Positions 12,236-23,341 of a stretch of 64,000 nt of DNA are shown piece by piece. Position 1 is the stretch's first letter, and each line of letters starts with the position of its first letter. Source of the stretch: a virus (lineage: Duplodnaviria > Heunggongvirae > Uroviricota > Caudoviricetes); the IMG/VR virus record IMGVR_UViG_3300001528_000174, positions 64,001 to 128,000 of that record; one strand, given 5' to 3'. A program made the translations under genes and the position numbers. Under the pieces are notes generated by a model. That model ran no database searches. It had not been told where the DNA came from and was given only the letters and a program-made list of their open reading frames with translations.

Positions 12236-13300
12236 ATGGCAATAGGAATTAATGATTTAAATGATGATTTGATGGATGACCCACTGATTCCTAATAATTA
12301 GGATTCAAATGATAATAATCCACAAGATAATGATGACCACAATGATAACGATGGTAACAATACTAATCAAGATGATGAAGATGTAATTACTGCTTTATTA
12401 AAAGAGCAGAATATTACAGATAGAAATAAAATTTAGTATGAAGATGAGAATGGACAGATTCAAGAATTACCCTTTGACTCTCTTCCGCTTGAGGACCAAT
12501 TAAATATTTTAAAAGGAAGTCGTGAAAAAGAGCAAAATAATTCTGATGATTTAGATGAAGACGAAGTTTAGCTAATAAATTATCTTCGTACTAATAATAT
12601 GACAGCTTAGCAATATTCAGATTTTATTGCTCAGTAGGCTGTGTAGAATTATCAAAAGGAGCAGTCTCCTAAGTATAAAGTGGATGAACTTACTGATGAT
12701 GATTTATTTTTACTTGATTTAAAAAGTAGAGTTCCAGATATTGATAATGAGACCGCTGCAGCTGCTCTAGATTCTGCTAAACAAAATGAAGACCTATTTG
12801 GTAAATAGGTAAATGGTATTCGCTCAGAATACCAACAAAAAGAAAAAGAATTAGCAGAACAAGAACAGGCTCAAAAAGAGGCTCAAGATTCTGAGCAATT
12901 ACAATAGTTTCAAGAAGCTATTATAAATTCCATAAATGGGTTAGATTAGGGTAAAGATTTTGCATTTAATTTATCAAATGCTGATAAATAGGAGTTATAT
13001 AATTTTATGTTCCAATAGGATGCTACTGGTATGAGCTATCTTAATAGAGCTATAAACGACCCACAAACTCTTACTAAAATGTCTTGGTATGCTCTTCACG
13101 GAGACGAAGCTATTGATAATATGCGAAATTACTATGAACATTAGATTACAGAAATTCGCCGTACTTCTTATGCTAAGGGCTTAGAAGACGGTAAAAGTGG
13201 TAAGAAGACCGTAATATTCGGTCCTAAGGAAACAAGAAAGACTGGATTGGTCTCTAAACCTAATAATAAATATAAAAATATTTACGATTTACAAGATTAA
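12236..13300 (+). CDS. Acidic protein upstream of the capsid gene (putative scaffolding protein), 354 aa (code 15)
   Basis: Missed by the track because of TAGs; Asp/Asn-rich N-terminus, EQ-rich coiled coil; conserved position before MCP in crAss-like phages. Confidence 0.75.
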
Positions 13301-13307
13301 TTAAATT

Positions 13308-16300
13308 ATGTTAGTTGCGAATTTTACTACACAAGTCCCAACTATGGGTAATACTAGAACATATGAAGATTTTTATAAGTTCTTAGGAGTAAAACCTGCT
13401 CGTTTGGGAATTGTTGCAAATCTCTATCCTTAGAATACCGCTGAATATTTAACTACTTCTCTTAAGAACGTTATTTATAATAACACTAAGAGTGGTAACA
13501 AGTTCCAACGTTTGAACTCGTTAATGTATGAATATGAGATTCAAACTAATCAAATTAAACGTATCGAGTTTGCCGCAGTGCCTGTTGAAGATGGTGCTAA
13601 TGGTACAGAAATTACTTTTGCTTTCAAAGAAAATTACTATCAGAAGTATGACATCTTTATGATTGAAGGTTCTAGACAGCAAGTTATTTGTGTAACTAGA
13701 CCTCAGCGTAGAGCGGATAGCCCACATAAATTGTCCGCTTAAAATTCTTTAAATTGCTTAAAATTCTACATCGCAACTTAGAATAACAAGCAGCGAGGAT
13801 GTGATGACATCAACGTTCATCGACTAGGCGAAAGCCGTAGATTTATTTTTAAATCGAAAAATTGAATTATTATGAGTAAACATATAGTATATTTAACGAC
13901 TAATTTGAAATCCAAAATTAATGGTATAAACAGAATTTATATTGGAGTACATAAAACTGAAAATCCTGATATTTTTGACGGATATATAGGTTGTGGAGTA
14001 AAAATAAATGTACCAAGTTCTTACAGAAATCCTGAAACTCCTTTTCAATATGCTGTTAAGAAATATGGGACAGAAGCCTTTAAGAGAAACACTTTATACG
14101 TATATGACACAGCTAAGGAAGCTTATAACAAAGAACGTGAATTAGTGGACGCTAAATTTATCGCTCAAGACTATACCTATAATGTAGTTTTAGGAGGTGA
14201 ATTTGAAGATCATTATAGACCTCTATATCAATTTGCTTTAGATGGTACTCTTATAAAGTGTTGGGAACGATCTAGTGAAGCTTACGAGTTTTACGGAGTC
14301 CCTAAAGAACGATTTGATAGCTCTAAAAGAAATAAATGTATATTTTTAAACTCTTATTGGTCTACTTCTCCAAAAATAGATGTAACAGAATATTCTAAAA
14401 CACCTATAACTAAAATAACTTATTTATATAGCAAGGGAGGTAAACTCTTAAAAGAATTTGATTCCCAAACTAAATGTGCAGAATACATTGATTACGACAA
14501 AGGAGAGTTAACTAGGGCTATTAAAGAGCAAAGACTTATAAAGAAACAATATTATGTTTCTAATTCTTTAACTGATGAATTTAAACCTTCACCTAGAAAA
14601 AATTATATGAATATGCACTTTTTTGTATATACAGTAAATAATGAGTATATAGGAGAATATGTAGGTAAAGAGTTAATGGGCGTAATAAAATTAAAGTCTT
14701 GGGCGAATATAAATCATATATTTACACATAACAAAAATTGGTATAAAGATTTTTATGTTTCTTTAGAAAAAATAGAAAAAGTTCCTACAAAGAGAATTGG
14801 AAATGGTATATGTGTGGATGTATACACAAATTTTGGAGAATTTATAGAAACATGTAAATCTATAAAAGAAGTTAAAGAAAAATATAATATACCTGCCTTT
14901 AAAATAAAAAATATTCAATATGGAGACAGATATTATAATAACTATATATTTAAATACAATAATAAATGATATAGTCAAAATAAATATTTGAATTATTGGG
15001 AAATACAGGGACGTTTAATTGATGACGATTATAGTTCAGTGCTTGATAAGGATGCTTGTCAAATTGGTATGTTGACAAGATTTTAGAGTAACTCCATACA
15101 TCGCAACTGGTGTGGCAATATTAAGAAATTAATATTTGAAAAATATTTTAATTGCTAGAACCTCCTTAACTGTGCATAATTAAGGGCAATTAGCAGCAAA
15201 GATATAATTAGATTTAATAGTATATAAAGGATAATTCCCTAATATTAAGATTTTTATATAATGTTCAACGAGTATCCGCAAGGAGTAAAATTATGAAATA
15301 TATAGTATACAAAACTACAAATAAAATTAATAACTATATTTATATAGGAGTACATAAAACAGTAAATCCTAATGTTTTTGATAACTATTTAGGCTGTGGC
15401 TGTTACGCTGATTAGCCTAGTACTTATAATAAAGCTAAAACTAAATTCCAACAAGCAGTACAACAGTATGGTCCAAAAAATTTTCATAGAGAAATAATAG
15501 CTACTTATGATAATGAAGATGAGGCTTATTTACTTGAAGAGCAATTAGTAAATGAGGATTTTTTACAGAGGGATGATGTTTATAATATGGTACTTGGGGG
15601 AGTAAATACAGACTTTAATGGTATCTTAGTATTCCGCTATACTTTAGACGGTGTTTATGACAAATCTTATAAAAGTTATGAAGATGCTGCTAGAGATTTA
15701 CAAGTGTAGGCTTCCTCTGTAAGACGTTCAGCTATATTTAAAGTAAAATTAAAAAATTACTATTTTAATACTGATAAAGTAGATAAAATAGATATATCTT
15801 TATATAGTCATGTAAATTCAAAGAAAATAGTATATCGCTATCTTAAAACTGGAGAATTTGATAAAACTTACCAATCTCAAGCAGATGCTGCGGAAGATTT
15901 TAATATAGCAGCTGCTACTGTATTAAGAGCTATACAGATGGGAGTACTAGTAAAGAATACCTATTATTATTCTACAGTTAAGTGTAACTCTTATGATAGA
16001 GCTAGAACTCTATATATAAAAACCAGAAAAGTATATAAATATTCTAGTGATGGAGAATTTATAGCTGAATATGAGACCTAGCAAGAGGCTGAAAAAAACA
16101 ATCCATATAGTAATATAACTAAAGCTATTAGACTTAAATCTGTTGATGAAAATGGATTTATATGGGGATTAGTAAAATTAAAGAATTATAATAAAAAAGC
16201 TAATCGTGCTAAAAGAGTTGCCAAACTAAATAGTGATGGTAACATATTACAAGTATGGAAGTCTGGTAGCGCTTGTTGTAAAGAAGTAGGAAATTCTGTA

Positions 16301-17810
16301 CAAAATGTACTTTCTGGTAAAGGAAAGACTCATAAAGGATTTGTATATAAATATATAGATTAATTTGAAATGAATATTATCCTTAATTATAATATAAGAC
16401 AAGGATAGTGATGTATTCTAACCTATATAGTAATATATAGTAGAGAAATAGAGGCCTGAGATGCATGAAGAGGGAAATGGAAACATTTTAACGTATTATT
16501 AGAGCAATATCTCTCTTACAATCTTTTGGTAGTAGTAAAATTCATAATAAATGCCTTTAATTGCTGGAAAACCTTAAAAGGCAATCAGCAGCGAAGTCTT
16601 AATTTTTAAGAAACGTTCATCGACTAGTCTATTATGACGTAGGGATAATTATTATCTCGAAATGAGGCAAATCTAATTATTAGATTAAGATATAGTCAGC
16701 CTTTATATGAAAATATAAAGAAATACGTATTGCAAATACCAGAGTAATATTTCACGTTTCCGTGGTTATATTACCCAGTTCCGTAATGATGAAACATATT
16801 CAGCTTTATATGCTGCTATGGAAGACACCTTTGTAAATATTTCACAAGGCAAAGGCAACGGAGCTATGCAAGAGACCGTTTATAGAATGGACAAGAAGGA
16901 GAAAGTATTACTTGAAAACTTCATGTTCGTTAAGAACAACGGTCTGTTATTTAACAAGAGTTCCATTGATAAGAATGGAAAATCTACAATTTCTGATCCG
17001 GACACTGGACGTCCGATATATATTGGTCCAGGTTTGATTCCACAAATTGAAGCTTATGCTGATAAGTATGCTTATAATAAGATGACAGTAGATGTTCTTA
17101 ACACTATTGTTACTACTATGGCACAAAAAGCTAATAATCCTAAAGGAAACAAATGGTTATTCGTTATGAATGAAAAGGCTGATGCCGATATTACTACAAC
17201 TTTAGGAGAATATTTGCAGAGCTTCCATACAGATGGAACATTCTTATATTCTATGAAGGCTAATGGAGAAGTAGAGGTAGGAGCTAAAGGTTATACTTCT
17301 TACAACTATTTAGGTAATACATTAGTCTTTACTGTCGATAGAGCTTTCTCTCGCGAATATGGTAATGAGAAGGGCTTTATTGCTTGTATTGATTTAAGCC
17401 CAGATGATTCTACTGGAAAACCAGGTGTTGCACAGTTTACTTTCAAGAATGGCGAGTTCATTCAGAATAAAGTACTTGGCGTAGGTGGTGCCGACGGTTT
17501 ATCATCTGGAGAAGTTTCTAGTGCTATTGCAGCTAGTAAACTTATTGTATGGGGATAAAATTTTAGCCATGTTCCCTTAAAATTCCTTTAATTGCTGGAA
17601 GGTTCTTATGGAATAATCAGCAGCCAAGATTTCTTATGAAATAAGGTTCAACGACTATCTCGAAAGAGAGTAGGAATTAATATTCCGAAATGGGGAATAG
17701 CTTATTAAGCTAAAGATATAGTCTACCCACATTACGATGTGAAATCCAATTTAGATGGCGGAATTGGAGTATTCAATCCTTACAAATCCTTCATTGCACG
17801 TGAAGTGTAA
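13308..17810 (+). CDS. Major capsid protein, spliced from 5 exons (474 aa)
   Basis: Exons 13308-13718, 14991-15097, 16454-16475, 16728-17556 and 17755-17810 total 1425 nt in frame; junctions restore crAss MCP-type text RRAD|NYWE, QSNSM|PEMHEEG|YCKYQSN, IVWG|YGGIGVFNPY. Confidence 0.88.
13719..14990 (+). mobile_element. Group I intron 1 of MCP (IA/phage type), HEG in P8 loop
   Basis: P1 agcggaU/Guccgcu; core aattgc..cagc..cgacta..gatatagtc; terminal G at 14990. Confidence 0.88.
13872..14969 (+). CDS. Intron-encoded GIY-YIG (Seg-like) homing endonuclease with NUMOD1-like repeats
   Basis: HIVYLTTN..IYIGVHKT..DGYIGCG; repeats such as YQFALDGTLIKCW and YSKGGKLLKEFDS; TGA stop overlaps the intron S element. 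Confidence 0.85.
   Translation: MSKHIVYLTTNLKSKINGINRIYIGVHKTENPDIFDGYIGCGVKINVPSSYRNPETPFQYAVKKYGTEAFKRNTLYVYDTAKEAYNKERELVDAKFIAQDYTYNVVLGGEFEDHYRPLYQFALDGTLIKCWERSSEAYEFYGVPKERFDSSKRNKCIFLNSYWSTSPKIDVTEYSKTPITKITYLYSKGGKLLKEFDSQTKCAEYIDYDKGELTRAIKEQRLIKKQYYVSNSLTDEFKPSPRKNYMNMHFFVYTVNNEYIGEYVGKELMGVIKLKSWANINHIFTHNKNWYKDFYVSLEKIEKVPTKRIGNGICVDVYTNFGEFIETCKSIKEVKEKYNIPAFKIKNIQYGDRYYNNYIFKYNNK
15098..16453 (+). mobile_element. Group I intron 2 of MCP, HEG in P7.2 region
   Basis: P1 ccaU/Gugg; core aattgct..agcagc..cgagta..gatgtattc; P9 ctatatag-taa-tatatag; terminal G at 16453. Confidence 0.85.
15293..16363 (+). CDS. Intron-encoded GIY-YIG homing endonuclease, 356 aa (code 15)
   Basis: MKYIVYKTTN..IYIGVHKT..FDNYLGCG; NUMOD1-like repeats; three in-frame TAG; ends TAA. 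Confidence 0.85.
16476..16727 (+). mobile_element. Group I intron 3 of MCP (ORF-less, 252 nt)
   Basis: Core atgcctttaattgctggaa..aatcagcagc..cgacta..gaggca..gatatagtc; terminal G at 16727; IGS 16504-16517 pairs with both exons. Confidence 0.82.
17557..17754 (+). mobile_element. Group I intron 4 of MCP (ORF-less, 198 nt)
   Basis: P1 ggggaU/Guuccc; P10 gccat/atggc; core aattgctggaa..aatcagcagc..cgacta..gatatagtc; terminal G at 17754. Confidence 0.88.
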
Positions 17811-17866
17811 TAAAAAGACAATGTTAGTTTTACTATTGATATAGTAAACAACAATAATTAAGATAA

Positions 17867-17900
17867 AAGTAGGCAGTTAATTCTGCCTACTTATATTTTT
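17867..17900 (+). terminator. Intrinsic terminator after MCP
   Basis: aagtaggcag-ttaatt-ctgcctactt followed by atattttt. Confidence 0.75.
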
Positions 17901-17922
17901 GTATTTGATAATATGAATTAAT

Positions 17923-18798
17923 ATGGCATAGGAATTTAATGATAATATTGTAATTTTACGTAGCGTTTATAGTAAAGTAGGTTCTAATATAACTATAAAT
18001 CCTTGTAGAGATAAATAGACTGGAGCATTTCCTGATTGTGTGCGAAGAGTAGATGACAGAGGAAATATGATTCTTTCTGAGTCTGATAAGGAAAAAATGA
18101 GTTCCGGACAAATTTACTTAGTCGCTGAAAATGCTAAAATTAAGATTCATGATGGTATTCAATTCAATCTCTCTAATATGAGAGAACGAGCTTTATGGGA
18201 ATGTATTAAAAATTGTTCTTATATTGCTCCTGACCGTTATGCTAAGGATGTTAATGGTAATTATTTAATTGATGGTACTATGGGTTGGAAAAATCCCCAT
18301 CCTCGTTACGGTCTTGCTGAATACTATGTAGAACATCCTGGACTTGATTCTGTACGTAGAGTTAAGAGAACTGAGTTATTATCAAAAGCATTAAAATATG
18401 TTATTGATGATAGTAGAGAAGGAAGAATTACAAGAGCTAAGATACTTGGAAAGAAAATGGATAATATCCCTGATGCAGATGTTACAGACTTCTTAATCCA
18501 AATTGCTATGAAAAAACCAGAGAAAATTATTTCTCTTTACGAAGATTCTAAGTCTAAGATGCGTATTCTTTTAATTGATGCACGTGAAAAAAATATCATT
18601 ATATTAAAGGATAATTTGTTATGGTTTAATACTGATGTTTTAGGAGCTACAGATGATGCAGCAGTTGATTGGTTAATTAATCCTGATAATGCTAAATTAG
18701 TTGGATTAATAATGAGAGCTACTTATCCACAATTATATGTTAAGGCTGATACTACTGTAACACCTAAGAATACCGCAGATGAAAAAAAAACTAAATAA
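17923..18798 (+). CDS. Conserved crAss-like protein following MCP, 291 aa (code 15)
   Basis: Track ORF 18040 extends to ATG 17923 through two TAGs. Confidence 0.8.
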
Positions 18799-18810
18799 TG
18801 AATTTTAGTT

Positions 18811-19806
18811 ATGACTGCTAGACAAATTCTAGAATCTTGTTTAATTGAATTATCTAAATAGCACGCTCCTAGTATGCGTTTAGATGAATTTAATTACTAT
18901 ATAAATAAAGCTGTTAATCAATATATAAATAAACGTTATAATATTTATGACGTAAATCAACAAACTACTGATGATTTAAGAGTATTAAAAGCTACAGCAG
19001 TTTTAACTCCAAAAGCTTCTGATATATACACTACAGCAGGTATTACACAATCACAAAGTGATGCTTTATATGCAAATGCTAAAAATCCTTATGGGGCAGT
19101 ATTTGAAATAAATCTCCCTGATGATTATTTGCATATGCTTAACTGCATTTGTATATATACTTTAAAGAAATAGCATAAATGTTGGGATGCAAATTCTGAT
19201 GTAGCTTTCGCTGCTAAAAGACTTACTTCTGATAGTTGGTCTACTATTATGAATGACTTTTATAATAGACCTCTTCCATGGAGACCTTATTATTACATTC
19301 ATAATGTAAATACATCTAATGATATTCCTACAAATCCATATACTACCCCTACAGCTAAAGGTTTAGGTACAGGAACTGATGGTTCTAAAAAGTAGGATTC
19401 AACTGATGGTGAAGCTAATTTCACTAGAACTATAAAAATTGGAACTACTGATTAGTCAGTAGTAGAAAAAAACGCTCCATTTAGATATGGTAATAGTTCT
19501 ACTGTAAGATGTGAAATTAGATACGGACATGATACTTCCGTGTTTGAACTTACTAAAGTAGCTGTTGATTATATAAAAGCTCCTCAGTATGTAAGACTTA
19601 CATAGGAGCAAATGGATTTAACAGAGGATACTTCTCAAATTATGGAGTTTCCAGATTATGTATGTCAAGAGATTATAAACGAGTTGGTACATTTAGTTAT
19701 GGAACACGATGCTGATCCTAGATTACAATCTAATATACCTATTTCACAATCTATTGCTTAGCCAGCTCAACAATAGGATTAGCCTCAACAGGCTCGTAGA
19801 CAATAA
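18811..19806 (+). CDS. Tail ring / tubular (head-tail connector) protein, 331 aa (code 15)
   Basis: MTARQILE..LIELSK..PS..LDEFNY..NKAVNQYINKRYNIYD.NQQTTDDLRVLK resembles crAss ring proteins; ends TAA. Confidence 0.7.
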
Positions 19807-19823
19807 TTAAATTAATTTAAATT

Positions 19824-20840
19824 ATGTTTTAGTTTACAACAACTACAGTAATTAACAGTGCTAAGGATTATACAAATCCAAGTGTAGACCTTTTTAAAGG
19901 AGACTCTAATTATTTTGATGTAAAAAGAGTTAATAGATTTAAAGTAAAGAACATTCGTTCTGTTTATAAACAAGACCCTGTAGCTCAATCCAATGCTGTA
20001 GCTACTATTGATATGTCTAAGATTAAGACCGTTCTTACTACTAATAAAGCTACTAAAGGTACATTTAGAGTAGAAATTTATGTACATTTAGCACAAAGTA
20101 ATAACAACCCTTTATATTCTAATACTTGGGTTGTAAAAGGTCGTCCTTGGACATTTGAATTTACTGCAACTTCTACAGAAGAGGCTTCTGCTATTGTAGA
20201 TAAGGTAATTAAATTGATTAAGAAGTTTAAGTTGTTTATGATGGATACAGAACAGCTTAAAGCTACTAAAAACGACGCTAAGTTAGTGTTAACTGCACAA
20301 GACCCTTATCAAATCTTCTCTAAAGTTGAACTTCAGTATTTTGATCCTAATATTGGAACTACTACTGGTTGCTGCACTCCTAGAGGTGCTTATGCTCCAG
20401 TTGAGGATTATGGTGTAACAGATGTTGCTACTATTACTCCAGGTAATGAAGGCTTTGGTACATTTGAATGGATTATGCGTAACCTTAGACTTCCTACAGC
20501 AGAGCAGACTAGATGGAATGCTCTCTACCAAGATGATAGACCTATCGTAGGTGCTACTTACACTCAGTATACTTTGGAATATTGCACAAATAGAGGCATT
20601 CTTGGCGGTGATGCTGTTGGGGAAGAGACAAAGAGTGTTACAACTCATGTATTCTTCGTAAATCAAAATGTTAAAGCTGCATTTGAGGCAGCTCTTACAG
20701 CAGCAGGTATCACTCCATTGACTTCTACACAAAGAGCTGGAGAAACAGATGCTGAGGTAAAAGCTAATACTGTAGCAGCAGATTTAGCAGCTTTTAAAGC
20801 AGAAGTTGAAAAGACTTACGCTAAGAAATCTGATAAGTAA
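19824..20840 (+). CDS. Abundant structural protein (putative auxiliary capsid protein), 338 aa
   Basis: MFQFTTTTVINS start with TAG at codon 3; biased codon use; followed by a terminator; assignment from synteny with crAss001 is inference. Confidence 0.7.
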
Positions 20841-20857
20841 TTTTAATTGAATATTTA

Positions 20858-20890
20858 AGAGGCGAAGGCAGTATTGCCTCCGCCTTTTTT
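20858..20890 (+). terminator. Intrinsic terminator
   Basis: gaggcgaaggca-gtat-tgcctccgcct followed by ttttt. Confidence 0.8.
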
Positions 20891-20897
20891 ATTATAT

Positions 20898-21581
20898 ATG
20901 ATACTAGACAAATTAGCTTCAGCTATTAGGAATGATGTAGTAGGAGGTCTTAGAGGCTATCATACTAATATGTCAATGTCTCTTGATCAAATTAAAGATG
21001 ATATTATTGATATGAGACTTTAGGTAATAAAAGAATATAGTTTAAAAGGAATTTTACCTTATAAAGACCTGCTTACTGAAATAAATTGTATTCCTGTAGA
21101 TTGTAAAAACATAGAAAACTGTAGATGTAAAAAAGAATTTGGAACTCCTACTATACACTTTGAAATACCTCAACTATTAAACGATTATGGTGCGTAGGCA
21201 ATACAATATATAGGTTCTACTGATAAATAGTTACCATTTATTTGGTATACTTCTTTACCTTCATTTACTTATAGTAAATATAGAAGACGTAAAATAAGTA
21301 AACCTTTAGTATTTATAGATACTACTCCAAATGAAAATGGTATGTATGATTGTTGGGTATTTAATGCCCCACTATTAAAAGAAGTTTCAGTAATTGCCAT
21401 ATTTAAAGATCCTAGACAACTTGAAAGATATAGTTGTTGTTCTTCTGAAACATTGGAAGATGATAATTTTAATTTTATTAATAATGAAATAAAACAGAGA
21501 TTAACAAAATTAAAGTTATACTATTATAGACAAGTTGCTCCGTCTAACTTACCAAACAATCAAGAATATGCAGCTGGTTGA
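20898..21581 (+). CDS. Putative tail ring protein, 227 aa (code 15)
   Basis: ATG 20898 in frame with track ORF 21342; ends TGA; assignment from synteny. Confidence 0.65.
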
Positions 21582-22266
21582 TTTTCATTATCCATTAGTT
21601 CTTCTACAATAGATGTATGGGCTAGAGCTTCAAGAAGAAGACTATGAAGAACTAGCTCTAGTATGTTTTGAAAACATAGGAAATAAAAGAACTAGAGTTT
21701 ATAAATATATAGGAAATATAGATTGTAATAATACGCTGGAACTTCCTTGTAATTGTTGTGAAGATGATATAGAAGCAGTATTATTCCCAGGAGAGGATTG
21801 GAATAGAACAACTAATAAACATGACTATGGGGATTTAAATTCTCATTGGACTGAAGAATATATAGAAGCATTTAAACACAATACTAATATATTATATGGT
21901 CATGGGCATTTTGCCAAATATTAGTATTGGGACCATGCTCTACATTTTGAAAATGCGGCAGGAATGCCAGTATTAGTAATTTATCATGGGGAAATATTAG
22001 ATGATAACGGATTACCTGAATTAACTAATGATGAAGCTATAGCTATTGCTGATTACTGTGCATATTGGACACTATTTAAGAGGTCTATTAGTACTAATAA
22101 TCCTAATATAATGCAAATGGCTTAGCAAATTGAATTAAAACTAAATAAACATTTAGATGCTGCTAGAGTACCTAATCATATTAATCAAAATGAAATGAAT
22201 GAGATACTAGATGCTAAAGCTAGTTGGCATAGACACACTTATAATAAATCTACCAAAAGGCAATGA
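21568..22266 (+). CDS. Putative tail ring/tubular protein, 232 aa (code 15)
   Basis: Track ORF 21613 extended both ways; YHGEILDDNGLPELT..EAIAIADYCAY...RVPNHINQNEMNEILDAK typical of crAss tail tubular protein. Confidence 0.7.
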
Positions 22267-22703
22267 GATATGCTTTAGGATATGCTTTTACTCTTAAAGA
22301 TTTATACACTAAATTTCCTTTTTAGAAATTAAAATTTAATGGATGTTCTTTTGAACATATATTTAAAACAGCAGACTTAGCTATCATTTGTTCTAGAATA
22401 ATGTATTACTGTATAAAATTAGTAATAACAGATATTATTAAAAATAATGTTACTTTTATTTTACCAACTGGCAAAAAGTATGCTGAAATTTATGTGAGAA
22501 GAACTTCTAAAGAAGAATTTATACATAGAAGACAAAAGGGAGGAGACTAGGAAATTGATTTCTTAGAAACTAACTTTACTACTTACAAGTTATCTTTTAG
22601 ATGGATGGGAAAATATTTAATGAGGTCAAAACCTTGCTATATAGGAGCATCTTTAAAAAGTGAATTTATAAATAATATAAATAATGGAATGAAATACTGT
22701 TAA
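22263..22703 (+). CDS. Basic conserved protein (possible IHF/HU-like), 146 aa (code 15)
   Basis: ATGA overlap; DIIKNNVTFILP motif; not in the track; fold from synteny only. Confidence 0.6.
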
Positions 22704-23341
22704 TGCAAGTAAAAACTATAGATGATTATTATGAATAGGTTTATGCTAAATTTTCTTTCATTCCTCATTCTGATATATAGAGAATTTTAAAATATGGATG
22801 GAGATATATTTATTTAATTAATAGTAGAGGAGGTGATGTATTAATAAATCATCATGATTTTTGGTTTTATATGGGAAAAATATGCACTCATCCTTTACAA
22901 CATTTTTATAAATATTATAAAAAATTAGCATTTAAGATAAGAACTTTAAGTATATGGAATAAAAAGAAATATGATGGTTACTATTATTTTGGAATTACTA
23001 AATTACAATATGAAAAGATTTAGTAGTCTAAAAATACTAAAGGAAGACCTAAAGTTAAATTTAACTATGGAAATGTAATTCTATATAAATATTTTGAGGA
23101 ATGTAAAGTAGCACAACCTTTAAAATCATATTTTTATAAAATCCCTTATCCTTTAGACGTTGGAAATACTAGATACAGACCTAATTTTATAAGTAAAGAT
23201 GCTGAACTGATATTTAAAAGAAAGCCTTTAAAATTTAATGATTTATCAGTAACTAATACTAAATATGAATTTGTAAATGCAAGCACAAAATACATTCAAC
23301 GAAGGGATGGTATTAGATAGTCATCCATTAATGACTCCTAA
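22703..23341 (+). CDS. Basic conserved protein, 212 aa (code 15)
   Basis: TAATG overlap; open to TAA 23339-23341, overlapping the next gene by 65 nt. Confidence 0.6.

Noticed and set aside
17826-17848. gatatagt hairpin after the MCP stop resembling an intron S element
   Set aside because: No other group I core elements nearby; a simple hairpin ahead of the terminator
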